Part shown: piece after piece, positions 41,241-57,200 of the stretch
Numbering within the stretch: the stretch's first letter is position 1
Layout of the letters: each line of letters opens with the position of its first letter
Source of the DNA: the human T2T-CHM13v2.0 reference genome, Homo sapiens
Direction: 5' to 3'
Assembly (NCBI GenBank): GCA_009914755.4
Contig: CP068257.2
Coordinates: 7,136,001 to 7,200,000, forward strand
Length of the DNA: 64,000 nucleotides
Notes under the pieces: generated by a model
Databases searched by the model: none
What the model was told of the DNA's origin: nothing
The model's input: the letters and a program-made list of their open reading frames with translations, nothing else
Position numbers and translations under genes: made by a program

Positions 41241-44200
41241 ATGGAATGGAATGGAAAGCAATTTGATGGGAAAGAATGGAACGAACTGGAATGGAATGGA
41301 ATGGAATATAATTGAATGGAATAGAATGGAATGGTATGGAATCAACCCGAGTGGAGTGGAATGGAATGGAAAGGAAATGAATGGAATGGAATGGAACAGA
41401 ATGGAATTAACTCCAGGTGAATGGAATTCAATGGCATGGAATGGAATGGAATCAACCCGAGTGGAATGGATTGGAATGGAATGCAATGGAATGCAATGGA
41501 ATGGAATGCATTGGAAACAAATGGAATGGAATGGAATGCACTGGAATCAACTGGAATGGAATGGAATGGAATGGAATAGAATGGAATGGAATGGAATGGA
41601 ATGGAATCAAACCAGGTTGAATGGAATGGAATGGAATGGAATAGAGTGGAATGGAATGCAATGGAGTAGAATGGAATGGTATGGAATAGAATGGAGTCAA
41701 AGTGAATGGAATGGAATGGAATGGAATGGAATCAACTGGAATGGAATGGAATGGAATGGAATGTAAAGGAATGGAATGGAATGGAATGGAATGGAATCAA
41801 CCCGAGTGGAGGGGAATGGAATGGAATGGAAATGAATGGAATGGAATAAAATGGAACGGAATGGAATGAACCCGAGTGGAATGGAATTGAATAGAATGTA
41901 ATGGAATGGAAAGGAACGGAATGGAATGGAATGGAATGGAATGGAATGGAATGGAATGGAATGGAATGAACAAAAGTGGAATGGAATGGAATGGAATGGA
42001 TTGGAATGGAATGGAATGGAATCAACCCGAGTGGAATAGAATGGAATGGAATGGAGTGGAATGGAATGGAATTGAATGGAATATAATGGAGTGGAATGGA
42101 AGGGGAAGGAATGGAATGGAATGGAATGGAATGGGATGGAACAGAATGGAAAGGAATTAACCTGAATGGAAGAAATGGAATCGAATGGAATGGAACAGAA
42201 TGGAAGGGAATCAAACCGAGTGGAATGGAATGGAATGGAATGGAAAGGAATGGAATTCAATGGAATGCAATGGAATGGTATGGAATCAACCCGAGTGGAA
42301 TAGTATGGAATGGAATGGAATGGAACGGAATGGAATGGAATAAAATGGAATGGAATGGAATGGAATCAACCCGAGTGAAATGGAATGGAATAGAATGCAA
42401 TGGAAACAACCCGAGTGGAATGGAATTGAATGCAATGGAATGGAGTGGATTTGAATCAACCAGAGTGGAATGGAATGGAATGGAACGCAATGGAATGGAA
42501 TTGAATGGAATGGAATGCATTGGAATCAACTGGAATGGAATGGAATGGAATGGAATGGAATGGAATTGAATGGAATCAATCCGGGTTGAATGGAACGGAA
42601 TGGAATGGAGTCGAAAGGAACGCAATGCATTGGAATGGAATGGAATGGAATGGAATTGACTCAACCAGAATGGAATGGAATGGAATGCAATGGTATGGAA
42701 TGGAAAGGAATGCTATGGAAACAACCCGAGTGGAATGGAAATGAATGGAATGGAATGGAATGGAATGAACCCAAGTGGAATAGAATGGAATGGAAGGCAA
42801 CGGAGTCAACCCGAGTGGAATAGAATGGAAAGGAATGGAATGCAATGGAATGGAATGGAATGGAATGGAATGGAATGGAATGGAATCCACCAGAGTGGAA
42901 TGGAACGGAATGGCATGGAATGGAATGGAATGGAATGGAATCGAACGGAATGGAAAGGAATGGCATGGAATGGAATGGAATGCAATGGAATTGAATGGAA
43001 AGGAATGGAACGGAACAGAATGGAATGGAATAAAATGGAATGAACCTGAATGGAATGGAAGGAATGAACCCGAACGGAAAGGAATTGAATGGAATGGATT
43101 GGAATGGAATGGAATGGAATCAACCTGAGTGGAACGGAATGGAATGGAATAGAGTGGAATGGAATGGAAATGAATGGAATGGAATTGAATAGAATGGAAT
43201 GGAATGGAATGGAATGGAATGGAATTGAATCAACCGGAATGGAATGGAATGGAATGGAATGGAATGGAATGGAATGCAATGGAATCAAACCGAGTAGAAT
43301 GGAATGGAATGGAATGGAAAGGAAGGGAAAGAAATGGAAAGGAATGGAATGGATTGGTATGGAATCAACATTAGTGGAATGGAATGGAATGGAATGGAAT
43401 GGAATGGAATGGAATGGAACATAATGGAATGGAATAAAACGGAATGGAATGCAATGGAATGAACCCGAATGAAATGGATTGGAAGGGAATGGAAAGGAAT
43501 CAAACCGAGTGGAATGGAATTGAATGGAATGGAATGGAATGGAATGGAATGGAATCACCACCAGTGGAATGGAATGGAACGGAATGAAATCAACCCGAGT
43601 GGAATGGAATGGAATGGAATGGAATGGAATGGAATGGAATGGAATAACACCGAGTGTAATGGAAGGGAATGGAATGGATTGGAATACACGCCAGTGGAAT
43701 GGAAAGGAATGGAATGGAACAGAAGGCAATGGAATCAACTGGAATGGAAAGGAATGGAATGGAATGGAATGGAATCAACACGAGTGGAATGGAATGGAAT
43801 GCAAAGGAAAGGAATGGAATGGAATGGAATGGAATGGAATGGAATCAACCCGAGTGGAATGCTATGTAATGGTATGGAATGGAATGGAATAAAATGGATT
43901 GGAAAGGAATGGCATCAACCCCACTGAAACGGAATGGAATGGAATGAAATGGATTCAACCCGAGTGGAATGGACTGGAATGGAAAGCAATGGAATGGAAT
44001 GGAATGGAATGGAATAGAATCAACCCGAGTGGAATGGAAAGGAATGGAATGCAATGGAATGGAATGGAATGCAATGGACTCAACTGGGATGGAATGGAAT
44101 GGATTTTAATACAATGAACGGTATCAACATGAGTGGAATGGAATGGAATGGAATGGAATGGAAAATAATTGAACGGAATGGAAGCAACCTGAGTGGAATG

Positions 44201-47200
44201 GAATGCAAAGGAATTGAAAGGAATGGAATGGAAAGCAATGGAATTCAAAGGAATGTAATAAACTCGAGTGGAACGGAATGGAGTGGAATGGATTGGAATG
44301 GATTGGAATGGAAAGAAATTCAACGGAATGGATTCAACCAGAATGGAATGGAATGGAATGGAATGGAATGCGACGGAATGGATTGGAACGGAATGAAATG
44401 GAATCCACCCGAGTCGAATGGAATGGAATGGAATGGAATGGAATGGAATAGAATCAACTGGAATTGAACTAATGGAATGGAATGGAATGGAATGGAATCA
44501 ACCCGATAGGAATTGAATCGAATCTAATGGAGTTATACCGAGTGGAATGGAATGGAATGGAATCAACCCGAGAGCAATGGAATGGAATGGAATGGAATGG
44601 AATGGAATGGAATGGAATGGAATGGAATTGAATTAACCAGAGAGGCATGGAATGGAATGGAATGGAATGGTATGGAATGGAATAGAATGGAATGGAATAA
44701 ACTCGAGGGGAAAGGAATGGATTGGAAGGGAATGGAATGGAATGGAAAGGAATGGAATGCAATGGAATAGAATGGTATGGAATGGAGTCAACCAGAGAGG
44801 AATGGAATGAAATGGAATTGAATGGAATGGAATGAAATGCAATCGAATGGAGTCGAATGGAATAAACACCTAAGGAATGGAATGGAACGGAATGGATAGG
44901 AGTGGAATGGAATGGAATGGAATGACCTGGAATGGAATGGAATGGAATGAAATCAAACAGAGTGGAATGGAATGGAATGGAATGGAATCAACTGGTATGG
45001 AATGAAATGGAATGGAATGGAATGGAATGCAATGGAATGGAATGGAATGGAATCAACCCGAGTGGAATGCAATGGAATGGAATGGAATGGAGTGGAATGT
45101 AATAAACCCTAGTGGAATGGATTGGAATGGAGTGGAATGGAATGGGACGGCATCGAATGCAATGAAATCAACTAGAATGGAATGGAATGGCATGGAACAG
45201 AATCAACCTGATTAGAATGGAATGGAATGGAATGGAATGAATGGAATGCAATGAATGGAAACTAATGGAATGGAATGAAAACCACCCGAGTGGAATGGAA
45301 TGCAATGGAATGCAATGGAATGGAATGGAATGGAATGGAATTCAACATAATGGAAACAAACCGAGTGGAATGGAATGGAATGGAAAGGACTGAAATGAAA
45401 TGGAATGGATTGGAACCAACCCGTTTCCAATGCAATGGAATGGAATGGACTGGAATGGACTGGACGGGAATGGAATGGGATGGAAAGGAATGGAATTAAA
45501 TGGAATGGAATGGAATGGAATGGAATATAATTGAATGTAATGGAATGGAATGGAATGGAATCAACCCAAGTGGAGTGGAAGGGACTGGAACGGAAATGAA
45601 TGGAATGGAATGGAATGGAATGGAATTAACTTGAGGTGAATGGAATGGAATGGCATGGAATGGAATGGAATCAACCAGAGTGGAATGGAATGGAATGGAA
45701 TGCAATGGAATGGAATGGAATGGAATGCATTGGAATCAACTGGAATGGAATAGAATGGAATTGAATGGAATGCAATGGAATCAACTGGAATGGAATGGAA
45801 TGGAATCAATCCGCATTGAATGGAATGGAATGGAATGGAGTAGAATGGAACACAATGGAGTAGAATGGAATGGAATGGAACGGAATAGAATGGAGTCAAC
45901 ACGAATGGAATGGAATGGAATGGAATGGTATGGAATGGAATGGAATGGAATGGAACGGAATGCTGTTTAATCAACCCGAGTGGAAGGGAAATGAATGGAA
46001 TGGAATGGAATGGAATGGAATGGATTCAACCCAAGTGGAATGGAATGAAATGGAATGCAACGGAATCAAACCGAGGGGTATGGAATGGAAAAGAATTGAA
46101 TGGATGGTATGGAATGGAAAGGAATGGAATGGAATCAACCTAAGAGGAATAGAATGGTATGGAATGGAATGGAATGGAATGGAATCAACCCGAGTGTAAT
46201 GGAATTGAAAGGAATGGAATGCATTTGGATGCAATGGTATCAAATGGAATGGAATGGAATGGAATGGATTGGAATAGAATGGAATGGATTGGAATGGAAT
46301 GGAATGGTATGGAATCAAACCGAGTGGAATGGTATGGAATATAATGGAATGGAACGGAATGGACAGGAATAAAATGGAAAGGAATGGAATAGAATCAACC
46401 CGACGGAAATAGAATGGAATGGAATGGAATGTAATAAAACCGATTGGTATAGAGTTGAATGGAATGGAATGGAATGGAATGGAATCAACCCGAGTGGAAT
46501 GGAGTGGAATGGAATGGAATGGAATGGAATGGAATGGAATGGAATGGAATGGAATGGAATGGAATGGAATGGAATCAACTGGAATAGAATGGAATGGAAT
46601 GGAATGGAATGGAATGGAAAGGAATGGAATGGAATCATCGTGAATGGAATGGAATGGTATGGGCAGGAACGGAATGGATTTGAATGGAATGGAATCAAAT
46701 GGAAAGGAATGGAATGAAATGGAATGGAATGGAATGGAATGCCATGGAATGGAATGGAATTAACCCAAGAGGAAAGGAATGGAATGGAATGGAGTTAACT
46801 CGAGTGGAATGGAATGGAATGGAATCAACACGATTGGAATGGAATGGAATGGAATGGAATGGAATGGAATTAACCCGAGTGACATGGGATGGAATGGAAT
46901 GGAATGGTGCAGAATGCAATAGAATGCAATGGAATCAACTCGAGGCGAAAGGAATGGAATGGAAAGTAATGAAATGGAATGGATAGGAATGGAATGCAAT
47001 GGAATGCAATGATATGGAATGGAGTCAAACCGAGAGGAATGTAATGGGAAGGAATTGAATGGAATGGTATGGAATGCAATGGAATGGAGTTGAATGTAAC
47101 AAACCCCAGAGGAATGGAATGGAATGGCATGGAATGGAATGGTATGGATAGGAATGGAATGGAATGGAATGGAATGGAATGCACTGGAATGGAACGGAAT

Positions 47201-50200
47201 GGAATGAAATCAAAAAGAGTGGAATGGAATGGAATGGAATAGAATTTAGTGGAATGGATTCAACGGGAATGGAATGAAATGGAATGGAATGGAATGAAAT
47301 GGAATGGAATGGAAACAAACCAACTGGAATGGAATGCAATGGAATGCAATGGAATGCAATGGAATTGAATTCAACGTAATGGAAACAAACCTAGTGGAAC
47401 GGAATGGAATGGAAAGGACTGAAATATAACGGAATGGATTGAAATCAAACCGATTCCAATGCAACGGAATGGAAAGGAATGGAATGGAATGGAAGGGAAT
47501 GGAATGGAATGGAATGGAATGGAACATAATTGAATGGAATGGAAGGGAATGGAATGGAATGGAATGGAATCAACCTGAGTGGAGTGGAATGGAATGGAAT
47601 GGAAAAGAAACGAAAAGAATAAAATGGAACGGAATGGAATGAACCCTAGTGAAATGGAGTTGAATGGAATGGAAAGGAACGGAATGGAATGGAATGGAAT
47701 GGAATGGAATGGAACAGAAGGGAAAGGAATGGAATGAACAAAAGTGGAATGGATTGGAATGGAATGGATTGGAATGGAATGGAATGGAATCAACCCGAGT
47801 GGAATAGAATGGAATGGAATGGAGTGGAATGGAATGGAATTGAATGGAATAGAATGTAGTGGAATGGAAGGGGAAGGAATTGAATGGAATGGAATGGAAT
47901 AGGATGGAACAGAATGGAAAGGAATCAACCTGAATGGAAAGAAATTGAATGGAATGGAATTGAACGGAATGCAATGGAATGAAACCCAGTGGAATGGAAT
48001 GGAATGGAATGGAAAGGAATGGAATTGAATGGAATGGAATGGAATGGAATGGTATGGAATCAACCCGAGTGGAAGAGTATGGAATGGATTGGAATGGAAA
48101 GGAACGGAATGGAATAAAATGGAATGGAATGGAATGGAATCAACCCGAGTGAAATGGAATTGAATAGAATGGAATGTAAACAACCCGAGTGGAATGGAAT
48201 GGAATGGAACGGAATGCAGTGGAATGGAATGGAATGGAATCAACCCGAGTGGAATGTAATGGAATGGAATGGAATGGAATGGAATGGAATCAACCCGAGT
48301 GGAATGGAATGGAATGGAAAGCAATATAATGGAATGGAATGGAATGGAATGGAATGGAATGGAATGGAATGGAATGGAATGGAATTCATTGGAATCAACT
48401 GGAATGGAATGGAATGGAATCAATCCGGGTTGAATGGAATGGAATGGAATAGAGTCGAATGGAACGCAGTGGAGTGGAATGGAATCAACTGGAATGGACT
48501 GAAAAGGAATGGAATTTAACGGAATCAACCCGAGTGGAATGCAATGGAATGGAATTGGATGGAATGGAATGGAGTGGAATCAACCCAAGTGGAATGGATT
48601 GGAATGGAGTGGAATGGATTGGAATGGCATGGAATGCAATGTAATCAACTACAATGGAATGGAATGGAATGGAAAGGAATCAACCTGAGTGGAATGCAGT
48701 GGAATGGAATGAATGGAAAGGAATGCAATGGAAAGAAATGGAATTTAAAGGAAACAACACGAGTGGAATGGAATGCAATGAATTGCAATGGAATGGAATG
48801 GAATGGAATGGAATGGAATGGAATGGAATGGAATTCAACGTAATGGAAACAAACCAAGTGAAAAGGAATGGAATGGAAAGGACTGGAAAGTAATGGAAAG
48901 GATTGGAATCAAACCGATTACAATGCAATGCAATGGAATTGAGTGGAATGGAATGGAAGGGAATGGAATGGAATGGAAAGAAACGGAATGGAATGTAAAG
49001 AAATGGAATTTAATTTAATGGAATGGAATGGAATGGAATGGAATGGCATGGAATGGAATGGAATGGCATGGAATGGAATGGAATGGAAAGGAATTAACCT
49101 GAGTGGAGTGGAATTGAATGGCATGGAAATGAATGGAATGGCATGGAATGGATGGGAACGGAAAGGAATGAACCCGAGTGGAATGGAATGGAATGGAATG
49201 GAATGCAATGGAATGGAATGGAATGGAATGGAACAGAATGGAATGGAATGGAATGGAATGAACACGAGTAGACTGGAATGGAATGGAATGGAATGGATTG
49301 GAATGAAATGGAATGGAGTCAACCCGAGTGGAATAGATTGCAATGGAATGGAGTGGTATGGAAAGGAATTTAATGGAATGGAATGGAGTGGAAAGGAATG
49401 GAATTGAATTGAATCGAAAGGAATGGAGTGTAGTGGAATGGGATGGAATGGAATGCAAAGGAATCAACCCGAATGGAATGGAATGGAATGGAATGCAATG
49501 GAATGGAATGGAAAGGAATGGAATGGAATGGAATGGAATGGAATGGAACAGTTTGGAATCAACCCGAGTGGATTAGTATGGAATGCAATGGAACGGAATG
49601 GAATGGAATAAAATAGAATGGAATCGAATAGAATCAACCCGAGTGAAATGGAATGGAATGGAATGGAATGGAATCATCCCGAGTGGAATGGAGCGGAATG
49701 GAATGCAATGGAATGGAATGGAATGGAAGGCATTGGAATGGAATGGAATGGAATGGAATGGAATGGAATGGAATGGAATGGAATGGAATCAATCCGGGTG
49801 GAATGGAAAGGAATGGAATGGAGTGGAATGGAATGGAACGGAATCAACCCGAATGGAATGGAATGGAATGGAATGGAATGGATCGGAATGGAATGCTATA
49901 GAAACAACCCGAATGTATTGGCAATGAATGGAACGGAATGAAATGGAATGGAATCATCCCAAGTGGAATGGAATGGAATGGAATGCAACGGAATCAACCC
50001 GAGTGGAATGGAAAGCAAAGGAATGGAATGGAATGGAATGGAATGGAAAGGAATGGAATGAAATCAACCCAAGTGGAATGGAATGGAATGGAATGGAATG
50101 GAACCAACCAGAGTAGAATGGAATGGAATGGAATGGAACGGAATGGAATGGGATGGAATGGAAAGGAATGGAATGGAATGGAATGGAAAGGAATCAACCC

Positions 50201-50434
50201 GAGAGGAATGGAATGGAATTGAATGGAATGGAATGGAATGGAATGGAATGGAATGGAAAGCAGTGGCATGGAATGGAATTTAATGGAATCAGCCCGAGTG
50301 GAATGGAATAGAATGGAATGCAATGGAATAGAATGGAAAGGAATGGAACGGAACAAAATGAAATGGAATAAAATGGAATGAACCCGAATGAAATGGAAGT
50401 AATGAACCCGAATGGAATGGAATTGAATGGAATG

Positions 50435-50554
50435 GATTGTAATGGAATGGAATTGAATGGAATCAACCAGAATGGAATGGAATGGAATGGAATGGATTGT
50501 AATGGAATGGAATTGAATGGAATCAACCAGAATGGAATGGAATGGAATGGAATG
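50435..50554 (+). repeat. Perfect 60-bp tandem duplication
   Basis: aatggattgtaatggaatggaattgaatggaatcaaccagaatggaatggaatggaatgg occurs twice back to back. ORF 50378..50692 shows a 20-aa repeat GMDCNGMELNGINQNGMEWN x2. Confidence 0.85.
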
Positions 50555-52949
50555 GATTGGAATGGAATGGAATGGAATGGAGTGAAATGGAATGGAATCA
50601 ACCCGAGTGGAATGGAATGGAATGGAAGGGAATGGAATGGAAGGGAAAGGAATGGAAAGGAATGGAATGGATTGGTATGGCATCAACATTAGCAGAATGG
50701 AATGGAATGGAATGGAAAAGAATGGAATGGAATAAAATGGAAGGGAATGCAATGGAATCAACCCGAATGAAATGGAGTGGAATGGAATGGAATGGAATCA
50801 ACCTGAGTGGAATGGAATTGAATGGAATGGAATGGAATGGAAACAACCCGAGTGGAATGGAATGGAATGGAATGGAATCAACCCGAGTGGAGTGGAATGG
50901 AATGAAACAGAATGGAATGGAATCAACCCCAGTTGAATGGAATGGAATGCAATGGAATGTAATGGAACAGTATGGAATGGAATAGAATGGAATGGAATCA
51001 ACTCGAGGGGAAAGGAATGGAATGGAAAGGAATGGAATGGAATTGATTGGAATGGAATGCAATGGAATGGAATGGTATGGAATGGAGTCAAACCGAGAGG
51101 AATGTAATTGAATGGAATTGAATGGAATGGAATGCAATGCAATGGAATGGAATGGAAACAACCCGAGTGAAATGGAATGCAATGGAGTGCAATGGAATGG
51201 AATGGAATGGAATTCAACGTAATGAAATCAAACCGAGTGGAATGGAATGCAATAGAAACGACTGAAATGTAATGGAATGGATTGGAATCAACCCGATTCC
51301 AATGCAACGGAGTGGAATGGAATGGAAAGGAATGGAATGGAATGGAATCAACCCGAGTGGAGTGTAATGGAATGGAATGGAAATGAATGGAATGGAATGG
51401 AATGGAATGGAACGGAATGGAATGAACCCGAGTGGAATGGAATGTAATGGAATGGAAAGGAACGGAATGGAATGGAATGGTATGGAATGGAATGAACACA
51501 AGTGGAATGGAGTGGAATGGAATGAAATTGAATGGAATGGAATGGAGTGGAATGGAAGGGGAAGGAATTGAATGGAAAGGAATGGAATGGAATGGGATGG
51601 GATGGAATAGAATGGAAAGGAATCAACCCGAATGAAATGGAGTGGAGTGGAATGGAATGGAAACAACCCGAGTGGAATGGAATGGAATGGAAAGGAATGG
51701 AATGGAAGGGAAAGGAATGTAATACAATGGTATGGAACAGAGTCAACCCGAGTGGAATGGAATGGAATGGAATGGATTGGAATGGAATGGAATGGAATGC
51801 AATGGAATGGAAAGAATTAACACGAATGGAATGCATTGGATTGGAATGGAAAGGAATGGAATGGAATGGAATGGAATGGAATGGAATGCAATGGAATGGA
51901 ATCAACACTAGTGGAATGATATGGAATGGAACGGAATGGAATGGAATGGAAAGGAATGGAATGGTATGGAATCAACCCAAGGGGAATGGAATGGACTGTA
52001 AAGGAATGGAACGGAATGGAATGGAATAAAATGTATTGGAATGGTATGGAACCAACCCGAGTGAAGTGGAATGGAATGGAATGTAATGGAATCAACGGGA
52101 ATGGAATGAAAAGGAATGGAATGGAATTCAATGTAATGGAATGGAATTCAATGGAATGGAAACAAATGGAAAGGAATGGAATGGAATGGAATGGAATGGA
52201 ATGGAATGGAATGGATAGGAATGGAATGGAATCAAACTGAGAGGAATGGATTGCAATGGAATGGAATTATCCCGAGTGGAATGGAATGGAATGGAATCAA
52301 CCCGAGTGGAATGGAAGGGAATGGAATGCAATGGAATGGAACAGAATAGAATTAGCCCGAGTGGCATGGAAGGGAATGGAATGGAATGGAATGGAATGGA
52401 ATGGAATGGAATCAACCCGATTGGAATGGAATGGAATGGAATGGAACGGTATGGAATGGAATAGAATGGAATGGAATCAACTCGAGTGGAAAGGAATGGA
52501 ATGGAAAGGAATGGAACGGAATAGAAAGGAATGGAATGCAGTGGAATGCAATGGCATGGAATGGATTCAACATGAGTGGAGTGGAATGGAATGGAATGGA
52601 ATTGAATGGAATGGAATGCAATGGAATGGAGTGGAATGGAATAAACACCAGTGGAATTGAATGGAATGGTATGGAATGGAATGGACAGGAATGGAATGGA
52701 ATGGAATGGAATGGAATGAACAGGAATGGATTGGAATCGAATGAAATCCACCCGAGTGAAATGGAATGGGTTGGGACGGGATGGAATGGAATGGAATGGA
52801 ATGGAATGGAATTAACCCGAGTGGCATGGAATGGAATGGAATGGAATAAACCCTAGTGGAATCGATTGGAATGGAGTGGAATGGAATGGAATGGCATGGA
52901 ATGCAATGGAATCAACTAGAATGGAAAGGAACGAAATCAACCTCAGTGG

Positions 52950-54290
52950 AATGGAATGGAATGGAATTTAATGAATGGAATGGAATAGAATGGAAACTAA
53001 TAGAAAGGAAAGAAAAGAACCCGAGTGGAATGGAATGCAATGGAATGCAGTGCAATGGAATGGAATGGAACGGAATTCAACGTAATGGAAACAAACCGAG
53101 TGGAATGGAATGGAATGGAATGGAAAGGATTGGAATGTAATGGAATGGACTGGAATAAACCTGATTCAAATGCAACGGAATGGAATGGAATGGAATGGAA
53201 TGGAATGAAATGGAAGGGAAAGAAATGGAATGGAAATGAATGGAATGGAATGGTATGGAATGGAATAGAATGGAATGGAATCAACACGAGTGGAAAGGAA
53301 TGGAATGGAAAGCAATGTAATGGAAAGGAAAGGAATGGAATGCAATGGTATGGAATGGTATCAACCCGAGTGGAATGGAATGGAATGTAATGGAAGAGAA
53401 TGGAATGGAAAACAGGAATGGAATGGAATCGAATGAAATCAACCGGAGTGGAATAGAGAGGAATGGAATGGAATGGAATGGAACGGAATGGAATGGATTC
53501 AACCTGAGTGGAATGGAATGGAATGGAATGGAATGAATGGAATGGAATGGAAGGGAAACTAATGGAAAGTAAAGGAAAGAACCCGAGTGGAATGGAATGC
53601 AATGCAATATAATGGAATGGAAAGGAATTCAAAGTAATGGAAACAAACCGAGTGGAATGGAATGGAATGGAAAGGATTGGAATGTAATGGAATGGATTGA
53701 AATCAACCCGATTCCAATGTAACGGAATGGAATGGAATGGAATGGAATGGAAAACAGGAATGGAATAGAAACGAATGAAATCAACCCAAATGGAATAGAA
53801 TGGAATGGAATGGAAAGGAATGGAATGGAATGGAAACAACTGGAATGGATTGGAATGCAATGCAATGGAATGGAATGGAATCAACCCGAGTGGAATGCAA
53901 TGGAATAGAACTGAATGGAATGGAATGGAATGGAATCAAACTAAGTGGAATGGATTGGAATGGAGTGGAATGGAATGGAACGGCATGGAGTGCAATGTAA
54001 TCAACTAGAATGGAATGGAATGGAATGGAATGGAATGGAACGGAGTCAACCTGAGTTTAATGGAGTGGAATGGAATGAATGGAAAGGGATGGAATGGAAA
54101 CTAATGGAAAGGAAAGAAAACAACCCGAGTGGAATGGAATGCAATGAATTGCAATGGAATAGAACGGAATGGAATGGAATTCAATGTAATGCAATCAAAC
54201 CGAGTGTAATGGAATGGAATGGAAAGGACTGGAAAGTAATGGAATGGATTGGAATCAAACCTATTACAATGCAACGGAATGGAATTGAAT
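52950..54290 (+). repeat. Local ~550-bp tandem triplication carrying three copies of a landmark module
   Basis: The module (gaatgaatgg..aaactaatgg..aagaaccc/aacaacccgagtggaatggaatgcaatg..attcaa(c/a/t)gtaatgg(a/c)aa(a/t)caaaccgagtgg..ggattggaatgtaatgg..aaccgattccaatg(c/t)aacgg) sits at ~52,965-53,180, ~53,530-53,725 and ~54,075-54,275. The two intervening spacers also match each other (both contain ggaaaacaggaatggaat..gaatgaaatcaacc). Confidence 0.6.
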
Positions 54291-57200
54291 GGAATGGAAT
54301 GGAAGGGAATGGAATGGAACCTAAAGGAATGGAACGAACTGGAATGGAATGTAAAGAAATTGAATTGAATTGAATTGAATTGAATGGAATGGAATGGAAT
54401 GGAATGGAATTAACCTGAGTGGAGTGGAATTGAATGGAATGGAAATGAATGGAATGGAATGGAATGGAAAGGAACGGAAAGGAATGAACCCGAGTGGAAT
54501 GGAATGGAATGGAATGGAATGGAATGGAATGAAAAGGAATGGACTGGAATGGAATGGAATGGAATGGAATGGAATGGAATGGAATGGAACAGAGTGGAAT
54601 GGAATGGAATGGAATGGAATGGAATGCAATGGAATGGAATGGAACGGAGTGGAATGGAATGGAATGGAATGGAACGGAGTGGAATGGAATGGAATGGAAT
54701 GGAATGGAATGGAATGGAATGGATTGGAATGAAATGGAATGGAATCAACCTGAGTGGAATAGAGTGGAATGGAATGGATTGGTATGGAAAGGAATTGAAT
54801 GAAATGGAATGGAATGGAGTGGAATGGAATGGAATTGAATTGAATCGAAGGGAATGGAGTGTAATGGAATGAGATGGAATGGAATGGAAAGGAGTCAACC
54901 CAAATGGAATGGAATGGAATGGAATGCAATGGAATGGAATGGAATCAACCGTGTGGAATGGAATGGAAAGGAATGGAATGGAATGGAAAGGAACGGAATG
55001 GAATGGTATGGAATCAACCCGAGTGGAATCGTATGGAATGCAATGGAAAGGAATGGAGTGGAATAAAGTGGAATGGAATGGAATGGAATCAACCCGAGTG
55101 AAATGGAACCGAATGGAATCAACACGAGTGAAATGGAATGGAGTGGAATGAAATGGAATCAACCAGAGTGGAATGGAATGGAATGGAATGCAATGGAATG
55201 GAATGGAATGGAATGGAAGGCATTGGAATCAACTGGAATGGAATGGAATGGAATGGAATCAATCCGGGTGGAATGGAATGGAATGGAATGGAATGGAGTG
55301 GAATGGAATGGAATGGAACGGAATGGAATCAATCCTGGTAGAATGGAATGGAATGGAATGGAGTGGAATGCTATGGAACGGAATCAACCCGAATGGAATG
55401 GAATGGAATGGAATGGAATGGGATGGAATGGAATGCAATGGAATGGAATGGATTTAACCCGATTGGAATGGAATGGAATGGAATGGAATGGAATGGAATG
55501 GAATGGACTGGAATGGAATCAACGCGAGTGGAATGGAGTGGAATGGAATGCAATGGAATGGAATGGAATGGAAGGCATTGGAATCAACTGGAATGGAATG
55601 GAATGGGACGGAATCAATCCGGGTGGAATGGAATGGAATAGAATGGAGTGGAATAGAATGGAACGGAATCAACCCAAATGAAATGGAATGGAAAGGAATG
55701 GAATGGAATGGAATGGAATGGAATGGAATGGAATGGAATGGATTGGAATGGAATGGAATGGAATGCAATGGAATGGAATGGAATGGAATTAACACGAGTG
55801 AAATAGAATGGAATGAAATCAACTGGAATGGACTGAAATGTAATGGAATGGAATGGAATCAACCCGAGTGTAATGCAATGGAATGGAATGGAATGGAATG
55901 GAATGGAATGGAGTCAACCCAAGTGGAATGGATTGGAATGGAGTGGAATGGAATGGAACGGCATGGAATGCAAAGGAATCAACTGCAATGGAATGCAAAG
56001 GAATGGAATGGAATTGAATGGAATGGAATGGAATCAACCTGAGTTTAAGGGAGTGGAATGGAATGAATGGAAAGGAACGGAGTGGAAACTAATGGAATGG
56101 AAAGAAAACAACCCGAGTGGAATGGAATGCAATGAATTGCAATGGAATGGAATGGAATGCAATGGAATTCAACGTAATGTAAACAAACCGAGAGTAACGG
56201 AATGGAATGGAAAGACAGGAAAGTAATGGAATGGATTGGAACCAAACTGATTACAATGCAACGGAATGAAATTTAATGGAAGGGAAAGGAAGGGAATGGA
56301 ATGGAATGGAAAGGAATGGAATGAACTGGAATGGAATGTAAAGAAATGGAATTTAATTGAATGGAATGGAATGGAATGGAATGGAATTAACCAGAGTGGC
56401 GTGGAATTGAATGGAATGGAAATGAACGGAATGGAATGGAATGGAAAGGAACGCAAAGGAATGGATTGGAATGAAATGGAATGGAATCATCTCTGGTGGA
56501 ATCGAGTGGAATGGAATGGATTGGTATGGAAAGGAATCGAATGGAATGGAATGGAGGGGAAGGGAGTGGAATTGAATTGAATCGAATGGAATGGAGTGTA
56601 ATGGAATGGGAAGGAATGGAATGTAAAGGAATGCAATGCAATGGAATGGAATGGAATCAACCGTGTGGAATGGAATGGAATGGAATGGACAGGAATGGAA
56701 TGGAATGGAATGGAATGGAATGGAATGGTATGGAATCAACCCGATTGGAATAGTATGGAATGCAATGGAATGGAATGGAAAGGAATAAAATGGAATGGAA
56801 TGGAATGGAATCAACCCGAGTAAAATGGAATGGAATGGAATAGAATGGAATCAACCCAAGTGGAATGGAATGGAATGGAATGGAAAGAATGGAATGGAAT
56901 GGAATGGAATGCAATGGAATGGAATGGAATCAGATGGAATGGAATGGAGACAAGTGCAATGGAATGGAATGGATTGGAATTTAATGTAATGGAATCAACA
57001 CGAGTGGAATAGAATGGAATGGAATCGAGTGGAATGGAATGGAATTGAATGGCATAGAATGGAGTGGAATGGAAGGGAAAGGAAATAAATGGAATGGAAT
57101 GGAATGGAATGGAATGGAATGGAATGGAATGGAATGGAATGGGATGGAATGGGATGGAATAGAATGGAAAGAATCAACCAGAAAGGAAAGGAGTGGAAGG

